Assembly: GCA_964016885.1 (NCBI GenBank) | Contig: OZ024745.1 | Location: 26,722,001-26,786,000 of the forward strand | Length of the DNA: 64,000 nucleotides | Direction: 5' to 3' | From: Eledone cirrhosa | Taxonomy: Eukaryota | Shown here: positions 40,792-53,700 of the stretch, piece by piece | Layout of the letters: each line of letters starts with the position of its first letter | How positions within the stretch are numbered: position 1 is the stretch's first letter | The notes under the pieces: model-generated | Database searches by the model: none | What the model saw: only the letters and a program-made list of their open reading frames with translations | Told to the model about the DNA's origin: nothing | Translations under genes and position numbers: made by a program

Positions 40792-43700
40792 GGTGGTGGT
40801 GTCAATGGTGATGGTGGTGATGTCGGTGGCGGTGTCAATGGTGATGGCGGTGGTGGTGTCAATGGTGATGGTGGTGATGGTGGTGGTGGTGTCAATGGTG
40901 ATGGTGGTGATGGCGGGGGTGGTGTCAATGGTGATGGTGGTGATGGCGGGGGTGGTGTCAATGGTGATGGTGGTGATGGCGGTGGTAGTGTCAATGGTGA
41001 TGGTGGTGATGGTGGTGGTAGTGTCAATGGTGATGGTGGTGGTGGTGGTGGTAGTGTCAATGGTGATGGTGGTGATGGCGGGGGTGGTGTCAATGGTGGT
41101 GGTGGTGATGGCGGTGGTGGTGTCAATGGTGGTGGTGGTGATGGCGGTGGTGGTGTCAATGGTGATGGTGGTGATGGCGGTGGTAGTGTCAATGGTGATG
41201 GCGGTGGTAGTGTCAATGGTGATGGTGGTGGTAGTGTCAATGGTGATGGCGGTGGTAGTGTCAATGGTGATGGCGGTGGTAGTGTCAATGGTGATGGTGG
41301 TGGTGGTATCAATGGTGATGGTGGTGATGGCGGTGGTAGTGTCAATGGTGATGGTGGTGATGGCGGTGGTAGTGTCAATGGTGATGGCGGTGGTAGTGTC
41401 AATGGTGATGGTGGTGGTAGTGTCAATGGTGATGGTGGTGGTAGTGTCAATGGTGATGGTGGTGGTAGTGTCAATGGTGATGGCGGTGGTAGTGTCAATG
41501 GTGATGGTGGTGGTGGTATCAATGGTGATGGTGGTGATGGCGGTGGTAGTGTCAATGGTGATGGTGGTGATGGCGGTGGTAGTGTCAATGGTGATGGCGG
41601 TGGTAGTGTCAATGGTGATGGTGGTGGTAGTGTCAATGGTGATAGTGGTGGTAGTGTCAATGGTGATGGCGGTGGTAGTGTCAATGGTGATGGCGGTGGT
41701 AGTGTCAATGGTGATGGTGGTGGTGGTATCAATGGTGATGGTGGTGATGGCGGTGGTAGTGTCAATGGTGATGGTGGTGATGGCGGTGGTAGTGTCAATG
41801 GTGATGGCGGTGGTAGTGTCAATGGTGATGGTGGTGGTAGTGTCAATGGTGATGGCGGTGGTAGTGTCAATGGTGATGGTGGTGGTAGTGTCAATGGTGA
41901 TGGCGGTGGTAGTGTCAATGGTGATGGCGGTGGTAGTGTCAATGGTGATGGTGGTGGTAGTGTCAATGGTGATGGTGGTGGTAGTGTCAATGGTGATGGC
42001 GGGGGTAGTGTCAATGGTGATGGCGGTGGTGGTATCAATGGTGATGGTGGTGATGGCGGTGGTAGTGTCAATGGTGATGGTGGTGATGGCGGTGGTGGTG
42101 TCAATGGTGATGGTGGTGATGGCGGTGGTGGTGTCAATGGTGATGGTGGCGGTGGTGTCAATGGTGATGGTGGTGATGGCGGTGGTAGTGTCAATGGTGA
42201 TGGTGGTGATGGCGGTGGTGGTGTCAATGCTGATGGTGGTGATGGCGGTGGTGGTGTCAATGGTGATGGTGGTGATGGCGGTGGTAGTGTCAATGGTGAT
42301 GGTGGTGATGGCGGTAGTGGTGTCAATGGTGAAGGCGGTGGTGGTGTCAATGGTGATGGTGGTGATGGCGGTGGTAGTGTCAATGGTGATGGTGGTGATG
42401 GCGGTGGTGGTGTCAATGGTGATGGTGGTGATGGCGGTGGTAGTGTCAATGGTGATGGTGGTGATGGCGGTGGTGGTGTCAATGGTGATGGCGGTGATGG
42501 CGGTGGTAGTGTCAATGGTGATAATGGTGATGGCAGTGGTAGTGTCAATGGTGATGGTGGTGATGGCGGTGGTAGTGTCAATGGTGATGATGGTGATGGC
42601 GGGGATAGTGTCAATGGTGATGGTGGTGATGGCGGTGGTAGTGTCAATGGTGGTGGTGGTGATGGCGGTGGTAGTGTCAATGGTGATGGTGGTGATGGCG
42701 GTGGTAGTGTCAATGGTGATGGCGGGGGTAGTGTCAATGGTGATGGTGGTGATGGCGGTGGTGGTGTCAATGGTGATGGTGGTGATGGCGGTGGTAGTGT
42801 CAATGGTGATGGTGGTGATGGCGGGGGTTGTGTCAATGGTGATGGTGGTGATGGCGGTGGTAGTGTCAATGGTGATGGTGGTGATGGTGGTGGTAGTGTC
42901 AATGGTGATGGTGGTGATGGCGGTGGTAGTGTCAATGGTGATGGTGGTGATGGCGGTGGTAGTGTCAATGGTGATGGTGGTGATGGCGGTGGTAGTGTCA
43001 ATGGTGATGGTGGTGATGGCGGGGGTTGTGTCAATGGTGATGGTGGTGATGGCGGTGGTAGTGTCAATGGTGATGGTGGTGATGGCGGTGGTAGTGTCAA
43101 TGGTGATGGTGGTGATGGCGGGGGTTGTGTCAATGGTGATGGTGGTGATGGCGGTGGTAGTGTCAATGGTGATGGTGGTGATGGCGGTGGTAGTGTCAAT
43201 GGTGATGGTGGTGATGGCGGTGGTAGTGTCAATGGTGATGGTGGTGATGGCGGGGGTAGTGTCAATGGTGATGGTGGTGATGGCGGTGGTGGTGTCAATG
43301 GTGATTGTGGTGATGGCGGTGGTGGTGTCAATGGTGATGGTGGTGATGGCGGTGGTAGTGTCAATGGTGATGGTGGTGATGGCGGGGGTAGTGTCAATGG
43401 TGATGGTGGTGATGGCGGTGGTAGTGTCAATGGTGATGGCGGGGGTAATGTCAATGGTGATGGTTGTGATGGCGGGGGTAGTGTCAATGGTGATTGTGGT
43501 GATGGCGGTGGTAGTGTCAATGGTGATGGTGGTGATGGCGGTGGTAGTGTCAATGGTGATGGCGGGGGTAATGTCAATGGTGATGGTTGTAATGGCGGGG
43601 GTAGTGTCAATGGTGATGATGGCGGTGGTAGTGTCAATGGTGATGGTGGTGATGGCGGGGGTAGTGTCAATAGTGATGGTGGTGATGGCGGTGGTAGTGT

Positions 43701-46700
43701 CAATGGTGATGGTGGTGATGGCGGTGGTAGTGTCAATGGTGATGGTTGTGATGGCGGTGGTAGTGTCAATGGTGATGGTGGTGATGGCGGTGGTAGTGTC
43801 AATGGTGATTGTGGTGATGGCGGTGGTAGTGTCAATGGTGATTGTGGTGATGGCGGTGGTAGTGTCAATGGTGATGGTGGTGATGGCGTTGGTAGTGTCA
43901 ATGGTGATGGTGGTGATGGCGGTGGTAGTGTCAATGGTGATTGTGGTGATGGCGGGGGTAGTGTCAATGGTGATGGTGGTGATGGCGGTGGTAGTGTCAA
44001 TGGTGATGGTGGTGATGGCGGTGGTAGTGTCAATGGTGATGGTGGTGATGGCGGTGGTGGTGTCAATGGTGATGGTGGTGATGGTGGTGGTGGTGTCAAT
44101 GGTGATGGTGGTGGTGGTGTCAATGGTGATGGCGGTGATGGCGGTGGTAGTGTCAATGGTGATTGTGGTGATGGCGGTGGTGGTGTCAATGGTGATGATG
44201 GTGATGGCGGTGGTGGTGTCAATGGTGATGGTGGTGGTAGTGTCAATGGTGATTGTGGTGATGGCGGGGGTAGTGTCAATGGTGATGATGGCGGTGGTGG
44301 TGTCAATGGTGATGGTGGTGATGGTGGTGGTGGTGTCAATGGTGATGGTGGTGGTGGTGTCAATGGTGATGGCGGTGATGGCGGTGGTAGTGTCAATGGT
44401 GATTGTGGTGATGGCGGTGGTGGTGTCAATGGTGATGGTGGTGATGGCGGTGGTGGTGTCAATGGTGATGATGGTGATGGCAGTGGTGGTGTCAATGGTG
44501 ATGGTGGTGATGGTGGTGGTGGTGTCAATGGTGATGGTGGTGGTGGTGTCAATGGTGATGGCGGTGATGGCGGTGGTAGTGTCAATGGTGATTGTGGTGA
44601 TGGCGGTGGTGGTGTCAATGGTGATGATGGTGATGGCGGTGGTGGTGTCAATGGAGATGCTGGTGGTAGTGTCAATGGTGATTGTGGTGATGGCGGGGCT
44701 AGTGTCAATGGTGATGATGGCGGTGGTGGTGTCAATGGTGATGGTGGTGATGGCGGTGGTAGTGTCAATGGTGATGGTTGTGATGGCGGTGGTAGTGTCA
44801 ATGGTGATGATGGTGATGGCGGTGGTGGTGTCAATGGTGATGGTGGTGGTAGTGTCAATGGTGATGGTGGTGATGGCGGTGGTAGTGTCAATGGTGATTG
44901 TGGTGATGGCGGGGGTAGTGTCAATGGTGATGATGGCGGTGGTAGTGTCAATGGTGATGGTGGTGTTGGCGGTGGTAGTGTCAATGGTGATGATGGTGAT
45001 GGCGGTGGTGGTGTCAATGGTGATGGTGGTGGTAGTGTCAATGGTGATGGTGGTGATGGCGGTGGTAGTGTTAATGGTGATTGTGGTGATGGCGGGGGTA
45101 GTGTCAATGGTGATGATGGTGATGGCGGTGGTAGTGTCAATGGTGATGGTTGTGATGGCGGTGGTTGTGTCAATGGTGATGGTGTTGATGGTGGTGGTAG
45201 TGTCAATGGTGATGGTGGTGATGGCGGTGGTAGTGTTAATGGTGATTGTGGTGATGGCGGGGGTAGTGTCAATGGTGATGATGGCGGTGGTAGTGTCAAT
45301 GGTGATGATGGTGATGGCGGGGGTAGTGTCAATGGTGATGGTGGTGATGGCGGTGGTAGTGTCAATGGTGATTGTGGTGATGGCGGGGGTAGTGTCAATG
45401 GTGATGATGGCGGTGGTAGTGTCAATGGTGATGGTTGTGATGGCGGTGGTAGTGTCAATGGTGATTGTGGTGATGGCGGTGGGGGTGTCAATGGTGATGG
45501 TGGTGATGGTGGTGGTAGTGTCAATGGTGATGGTGGTGATGGCGGTGGTAGTGTCAATGGTGATGGTGGTGATGGCGGTGGTGGTGTCAATGGTGATGGT
45601 GGTGATGGCGGTGGTAGTGTCAATGGTGATGGTGGTGATGGCGGGGGTAGTGTCAATGGTGATGGTGGTGATGGCGGTGGTAGTGTCAATGGTGATGGTG
45701 GTGATGGCGGTGGTAGTCTCAATGGTGATGGTGGTGATGGCGGTGGTAGTGTCAATGGTGATGGTGGTGATGGCGGGGGTAGTGTCAATGGTGATGGTGG
45801 TCATGGCGGTGGTAGTGTCAATGGTGATGGTGGTCATGGCGGGGGTAGAGTCAATGGTGATGGTGGTGATGGCGGTGGTAGTGTCAATGGTGATGGTGGT
45901 GATGGCGGGGGTTGTGTCAATGGTGATGGTGGTCATGGCGGTGGTAGTGTCAATGGTGACGGTGGTGATGGCGGGGGTAGTGTCAATGGTGATTGTGGTG
46001 ATGGCGGTGGTGGTGTCAATGGTGATGGTGGTGATGGTGGTGGTAGTGTCAATGGTGATGGTGGTGATGGCGGTGGTAGTGTCAATGGTGATGGTGGTGA
46101 TGGCGGTGGTGGTGTCAATGGTGATGGTGGTGATGGCGGTGGTAGTGTCAATGGTGATGGTGGTGATGGCGGGGGTAGTGTCAATGGTGATGGTGGTGAT
46201 GGCGGTGGTAGAGTCAATGGTGATGGTGGTGATGGCGGTGGTAGTGTCAATGGTGATGGTGGTGATGGCGGTGGTAGTGTCAATGGTGATGGTGGTGATG
46301 GCGGGGGTAGTGTCAATGGTGATGGTGGTCATGGCGGTGGTAGTGTCAATGGTGATGGTGGTGATGGCGGGGGTAGTGTCAATGGTGATGGTGGTGATGG
46401 CGGTGGTAGTGTCAATGGTGATGGTGGTGATGGCGGTGGTAGTGTCAATGGTGATGGTGGTGATGGCGGTGGTAGTGTCAATGGTGATGGTGGTGATGGC
46501 GGGGGTAGTGTCAATGGTGATGGTGGTGATGGCGGTGGTAGTGTCAATGGTGATGGTGGTGATGGCGGGGGTAGTGTCAATGGTGATGGTGGTGATGGTG
46601 GTGGTAGTGTCAATGGTGATGGTGGTGATGGCGGTGGTGGTGTCAATCGTGATGGTGGTGATGACGGTGGTAGTGTCAATGGTGATTGTGGTGATGGCGG

Positions 46701-49700
46701 TGGTAGTGTCAATGGTGATGGTTGTGATGGCGGTGGTAGTGTCAATGGTGATGGTGGTGATGGCGGTGGTAGTGTCAATGGTGATGGTTGTGTTGGCGGT
46801 GGTAGTGTCAATGGTGATGGTTGTGATGGCGGTGGTAGTGTCAATGGTGATGGTTGTGATGGCGGTGGTAGTGTCAATGGTGATGGTGGTGATGGCGGTG
46901 GTAGTGTCAATGGTGATGGTTGTGATGGCTGTGGTGGTGTCAATGGTGATGGTGGTGATGGCGGTGGTAGTGTCAATGGTGATGGTGGTGATGGCGGTGG
47001 TAGTGTCAATGGTGATTGTGGTGATGGCGGTGGTAGTGTCAATGGTGATTGTGGTGATGGCGGTGGTAGTGTCAATGGTGATGGCGGGGGTAGTGTCGAT
47101 GGTGATGGTGGTGATGGCGGTGGTAGTGTCAATGGTGATGGTTGTGATGGCGGTGGTAGTGTCAATGGTGATGGTGGTGATGGCGGGTGTAGTGTCAATG
47201 GTGATGGTTGTGATGGCGGTGGTAGTGTCAATGGTGATGGTGGTGATGGCGGTGGTGGTGTCAATGGTGATGGTGGTGATGGTGGTGGTGGTGTCAATGG
47301 TGATGGTGGTGGTGGTGTCAATGGTGATGGCGGTGATGGCGGTGGTAGTGTCAATGGTGATTGTGGTGATGGCGGTGGTGGTGTCAATGGTGATGATGGT
47401 GATGGCGGTGGTGGTGTCAATGGTGATGGTGGTGGTAGTGTCAATGGTGATTGTGGTGATGGCGGGGGTAGTGTCAATGGTGATGATGGCGGTGGTGGTG
47501 TCAATGGTGATGGTGGTGATGGTGGTGGTGGTGTCAATGGTGATGGTGGTGGTGGTGTCAATGGTGATGGCGGTGATGGCGGTGGTAGTGTCAATGGTGA
47601 TTGTGGTGATGGCGGTGGTGGTGTCAATGGTGATGGTGGTGATGGCGGTGGTGGTGTCAATGGTGATGATGGTGATGGCGGTGGTGGTGTCAATGGTGAT
47701 GGTGGTGATGGTGGTGGTGGTGTCAATGGTGATGGTGGTGGTGGTGTCAATGGTGATGGCGGTGATGGCGGTGGTAGTGTCAATGGTGATTGTGGTGATG
47801 GCGGTGGTGGTGTCAATGGTGATGGTGGTGATGGCGGTGGTAGTGTCAATGGTGATGGTGGTGGTAGTGTCAATGGTGATTGTGGTGATGGCGGGGGTAG
47901 TGTCAATGGTGATGATGGCGGTGGTGGTGTCAATGGTGATGGTGGTGATGGCGGTGGTAGTGTCAATGGTGATGATGGTGATGGCGGTGGTGGTGTCAAT
48001 GGTGATGATGGCGGTGGTGGTGTCAATGGTGATGGTGGTGATGGCGGTGGTGGTGTCAATGGTGATGATGGTGATGGCGGTGGTGGTGTCAATGGTGATG
48101 GTGGTGGTAGTGTCAATGGTGATTGTGGTGATGGCGGGGGTAGTGTCAATGGTGATGATGGCGGTGGTGGTGTCAATGGTGATGGTGGTGATGGCGGTGG
48201 TGGTGTCAATGGTGATGATGGTGATGGCGGTGGTGGTGTCAATGGTGATTGTGGTGGTAGTGTCAATGGTGATTGTGGTGATGGCGGGGGTAGTGTCAAT
48301 GGTGATGATGGCGGTGGTGGTGTCAATGGTGATGGTGGTGATGGCGGTGGTAGTGTCAATGGTGATGGTTGTGATGGCGGTGGTAGTGTCAATGGTGATG
48401 ATGGTGATGGCGGTGGTGGTGTCAATGGTGATGGTGGTGGTAGTGCCAATGGTGATGGTGGTGATGGCGGTGGTAGTGTCAATGGTGATTGTGGTGATGG
48501 CGGGGGTTGTGTCAATGGTGATGATGGCGGTGGTAGTGTCAATGGTGATGGTGGTGTTGGCGGTGGTAGTGTCAATGGTGATGATGGTGATGGCGGTGGT
48601 GGTGTCAATGGTGATGGTGGTGGTAGTGTCAATGGTGATGGCGGTGATGGCGGTGGTAGTGTCAATGGTGATTGTGGTGATGGCGGTGGTGGTGTCAATG
48701 GTGATGGTGGTGATGGCGGTGGTAGTGTCAATGGTGATGGTGGTGGTAGTGTCAATGGTGATTGTGGTGATGGCGGGGGTAGTGTCAATGGTGATGATGG
48801 CGGTGGTGGTGTCAATGGTGATGGTGGTGATGGCGGTGGTAGTGTCAATGGTGATGATGGTGATGGCGGTGGTGGTGTCAATGGTGATGATGGCGGTGGT
48901 GGTGTCAATGGTGATGGTGGTGATGGCGGTGGTGGTGTCAATGGTGATGATGGTGATGGCGGTGGTGGTGTCAATGGTGATGGTGGTGGTAGTGTCAATG
49001 GTGATTGTGGTGATGGCGGGGGTAGTGTCAATGGTGATGATGGCGGTGGTGGTGTCAATGGTGATGGTGGTGATGGCGGTGGTGGTGTCAATGGTGATGA
49101 TGGTGATGGCGGTGGTGGTGTCAATGGTGATGGTGGTGGTAGTGTCAATGGTGATTGTGGTGATGGCGGGGGTAGTGTCAATGGTGATGATGGCGGTGGT
49201 GGTGTCAATGGTGATGGTGGTGATGGCGGTGGTAGTGTCAATGGTGATGGTTGTGATGGCGGTGGTAGTGTCAATGGTGATGATGGTGATGGCGGTGGTG
49301 GTGTCAATGGTGATGGTGGTGGTAGTGCCAATGGTGATGGTGGTGATGGCGGTGGTAGTGTCAATGGTGATTGTGGTGATGGCGGGGGTTGTGTCAATGG
49401 TGATGATGGCGGTGGTAGTGTCAATGGTGATGGTGGTGTTGGCGGTGGTAGTGTCAATGGTGATGATGGTGATGGCGGTGGTGGTGTCAATGGTGATGGT
49501 GGTGGTAGTGTCAATGGTGATGGTGGTGATGGCGGTGGTAGTGTTAATGGTGATTGTGGTGATGGCGGTGGTAGTGTCAATGGTGATGGTGGTGATGGCG
49601 GTGGTAGTGTCAATGGTGATGATGGCGGTGGTAGTGTCAATGGTGATGGTTGTGATGGCGGTGGTTGTGTCAATGGTGATGGTGGTGATGGCGGGAGTAG

Positions 49701-52700
49701 TGTCAATGGTGATGATGGCGGTGGTAGTGTCAATGGTGATGGTGGTGATGGCGGGGGTAGTGTCAATGGTGATGGTGGTGATGGCGGTGGTAGTGTCAAT
49801 GGTGATTGTGGTGATGGCGGGGGTAGTGTCAATGGTGATGATGGCGGTGGTAGTGTCAATGGTGATGGTTGTGATGGCGGTGGTAGTGTCAATGGTGTTG
49901 GTGGTGGTGGCGGTGGTAGTGTCAATGGTGATGGTGGTGATGGCGGTGGTGGTGTCAATGGTGATGGCGGTGATGGCGGTGGTAGTGTCAATGGTGATGA
50001 TGGTGATGGCGGTGGTGGTGTCAATGGTGATGGTGGTGATGGCGGTGGTAGTGTCAATGGTGATGGTGGTGGTGGCGGTGGTAGTGTCAATGGTGATGGT
50101 GGTGATGGCGGTGGTGGTGTCAATGGTGATGGCGGTGATGGCGGTGGTAGTGTCAATGGTGATGATGGTGATGGCGGTGGTGGTGTCAATGGTGATGGTG
50201 GTGATGGCGGTGGTAGTGTCAATGGTGATGGTGGTGGTGGCGGTGGTAGTGTCAATGGTGATGGTGGTGATGGCGGTGGTGGTGTCAATGGTGATGGCGG
50301 TGATGGCGGTGGTAGTGTCAATGGTGATGATGGTGATGGCGGTGGTGGTGTCAATGGTGATGGTGGTGATGGCGGTGGTAGTGTCAATGGTGATGGTGGT
50401 GATGGCGGTGGTAGTGTCAATGGTGATGGTTGTGATGGCGGTGGTAGTGTCAATGGTGATGGTGGTGATGGCGGGGGTAGTGTCAATGGTGATGGTGGTG
50501 ATGGCGGTGGTAGTGTCAATGGTGATGGTGGTGATGGCGGTGGTAGTGTCAATGGTGATGGTGGTGATGGCGGTGGTAGTGTCAATGGTGATGGCGGTGG
50601 TAGTGTCAATGGTGATGGTGGTGGTAGTGTCAATGGTGATGGTGGTGATGGCGGTGGTAGTGTCAATGGTGATGGTGGTGATGGCGGTGGTAGTGTCAAT
50701 GGTGATGATGGTGATGGCGGTGGTGGTGTCAATGGTGATGGTGACGATGGCGGTGGTAGTGTCAATGGTGATGGTGGTGGTGGTGTCAATGGTGATGGCG
50801 GTGATGGTGGTGGTGGTGTCAATGGTGATGGTGGTGATGGCGGTGGTGGTGTCAATCGTGATGGTGGTGGTGACGGTGGTAGTGTCAATGGTGATTGTGG
50901 TGATGGCGGTGGTAGTGTCAATGGTGATGGCGGGGGTAGTGTCAATGGTGATGGTGGTGATGGCGGGGGTAGTGTCAATGGTGATGGTTGTGATGGCGGT
51001 GGTAGTGTCAATGGTGATGGTGGTGATGGCGGTGGTAGTGTCAATGGTGATGGTGGTGATGGCGGTGGTAGTGTCAATGGTGATGGTGGTGATGGCGGTG
51101 GTAGTGTCAATGGTGATGGTTGTGATGGCGGTGGTGGTGTCAATGGTGATGGTGGTGATGGCGGTGGTAGTGTCAATGGTGATGGTGGTGGTGTCAATGG
51201 TGATGGCGGTGGTAGTGTCAATGGTGATGGTGGTGATGGCGGTGGTAGTGTCAATGGTGATTGTGGTGATGGCGGTGGTAGTGTCAATGGTGATTGTGGT
51301 GATGGCGGTGGTAGTGTCAATGGTGATGGCGGGGGTAGCGTCAATGGTGATGGTGGTGATGGCGGTGGTAGTGTCAATGGTGATGGTTGTGATGGCGGTG
51401 GTAGTGTCAATGGTGATGGTGGTGATGGCGGGGGTAGTGTCAATGGTGATGGTTGTGATGGCGGTGGTAGTGTCAATGGTGATGGTGGTGATGGCGGTGG
51501 TGGTGTCAATGGTGATGGTGGTGATGGTGGTGGTGGTGTCAATGGTGATGGTGGTGGTGGTGTCAATGGTGATGGCGGTGATGGCGGTGGTAGTGTCAAT
51601 GGTGATTGTGGTGATGGCGGTGGTGGTGTCAATGGTGATGGTGGTGATGGCGGTGGTGGTGTCAATGGTGATGGTGGTGATGGCGGTGGTGGTGTCAATG
51701 GTGATGGCTGTGGTGGTGTCAATGGTGATGGTGGTGATGGTGTCAATGGTGATGGTGGTGATGGTGGTGGTGGTGTCAATGGTGATGGTGGTGATGGCGG
51801 TGGTGGTGTCAATGGTGATGGTGGTGGTAGTGTCAATGGTGATGGTGGTGATGGCGGTGGTAGTGTCAATGGTGATGGTGGTGATGGCGGTGGTGGTGTC
51901 AATGGTGATGGTGGTGATGGCGGTGGTGGTGTCAATGGTGATGGTGGTGATGGCGGTGGTGGTGTCAATGGTGATGGCGGTGGTGGTGTCAATGGTGATG
52001 GTGGTGATGGCTATGGTGGTGTCAATGGTGATGGTGGTGATGGTGTCAATGGTGATGGTGGTGATGGTGGTGGTGGTGTCAATGGTGATGGTGGTGATGG
52101 CGGTGGTGGTGTCAATGGTGATGGTGGTGATGGCGGTGGTGGTGTCAATGGTGATGGTGGTGATGGCGGTGGTGGTGTCAATGGTGATGGTGGTGATGGC
52201 GGTGGTGGTGTCAATGGTGATGGCGGTGGTGGTGTCAATGGTGATGGTGGTGATGGCTGTGGTGGTGTCAATGGTGATGGTGGTGATGGTGTCAATGGTG
52301 ATGGTGGTGATGGTGGTGGTGGTGTCAATGGTGATGGTGGTGATGGCGGTGGTGGTGTCAATGGTGATGGTGGTGATGGCGGTGGTGGTGTCAATGGTGA
52401 TGGTGGTGATGGCGGTGGTGGTGTCAATGCTGATGGTGGTGATGGTGGTGGTGGTGTCAATGGTGATGGTGGTGATGGCGGTGGTGGTGTCAATGGTGAT
52501 GGTGGTGATGGCGGTGGTGGTGTCAATGGTGATGGCGTTGATGGCGGTGGTGGTGTCAATGGTGATGGCGGTGGTGGTGTCAATGGTGATGGTGGTGATG
52601 GCTGTGGTGGTGTCAATGCTGATGGTGGTGATGGTGTCAATGGTGATGGTGGTGATGGTGGTGGTGATGTCAATGGTGATGGTGGTGATGGCGGTGGTGG

Positions 52701-52880
52701 TGTCAATGGTGATGGTGGTGATGGCGGTGGTGGTGTCAATGCTGATGGTGGTGATGGTGGTGGTGGTGTCAATGGTGATGGTGGTGATGGCGGTGGTGGT
52801 GTCAATGGTGATGGTGGTGATGGCGGTGGTGGTGTCAATGGTGATGGCGGTGGTTGTGTCAATGGTGATGGTGGTGATGG
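40792..52880. repeat. 12 kb GGT-rich minisatellite with 33/24/27 bp units (gtcaatggtgatggtggtgatggcggtggtagt)
   Basis: Several hundred units, all multiples of 3 bp. It generates the 4066 aa and 4051 aa low-complexity ORFs. Confidence 0.97.
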
Positions 52881-53029
52881 TGGGAGCTGTGGTGGTAGTG
52901 TTTAGGGCGGCGGGGGGAGGGGAGGAGGCGTCCTTGTTATCATTATAATCGTATTCAGAATCGGAAACACCATACCCAGGGTTATATACATATCCATATA
53001 TGGAATATCCTCACCACCACACCGCCACC

Positions 53030-53352
53030 AATATTACCATAACCATCAACATAATCAACATCATCATCGCCATCATTATAATCATCATCATCATCATCAT
53101 CATCAGCATCATCATCGCCATCATCCACCTCGTCGTCGTAGTCGACATTGGCATCATCATTATCATCATAATCCACCTCCCCCTCCTCCTCGTCATCATC
53201 ATCATCACCATCATTGACATTATCGTCATTTTCGTCGTCGTCGCAATCATCATCACTACCCCCCCCCTCCCCATCATCATCATCCTCATCATCGTTGTTG
53301 TCCTCAAGATTATCATCATCATCGTCATTTTCTCCGTCCTCAACTTCATCAT
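53030..53352. repeat. Degenerate (ATC)n tract
   Basis: Directly visible. Confidence 0.9.
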
Positions 53353-53356
53353 TACC

Positions 53357-53497
53357 AGTTACGTCCCTTTATGATCTGAGTTCAAATCCCGCCGAGGTTG
53401 ACTTTGCCTTTCATCGTTACGGGGTCGATAAAATAAAGTACCAGTAATGTACTGGGATAATTGCTGACCTTGTGCCTAAAGTAGAAACAATTATTAT
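53357..53497 (+). mobile_element. 5'-truncated tRNA-derived SINE copy
   Basis: gagttcaaatcccgccgagg..ggggtcgataaaataaagtaccag..gtagaaacaatta. Confidence 0.9.
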
Positions 53498-53501
53498 CAT
53501 A

Positions 53502-53662
53502 AGCAACACCACAAATAACAGCAGCACCAGCAACAGCAGCAGCAGTACCAGCAACAACAGCAGCAACAGCAGCAGTACCAGCAACAACAGCAACAGCAGC
53601 AGCAGCAGCAGCTGCAGCAGCTGCAGCAGCAACAACAGCATCAGTATCACCATCACCAGCAA

Positions 53663-53700
<38 letters not shown>

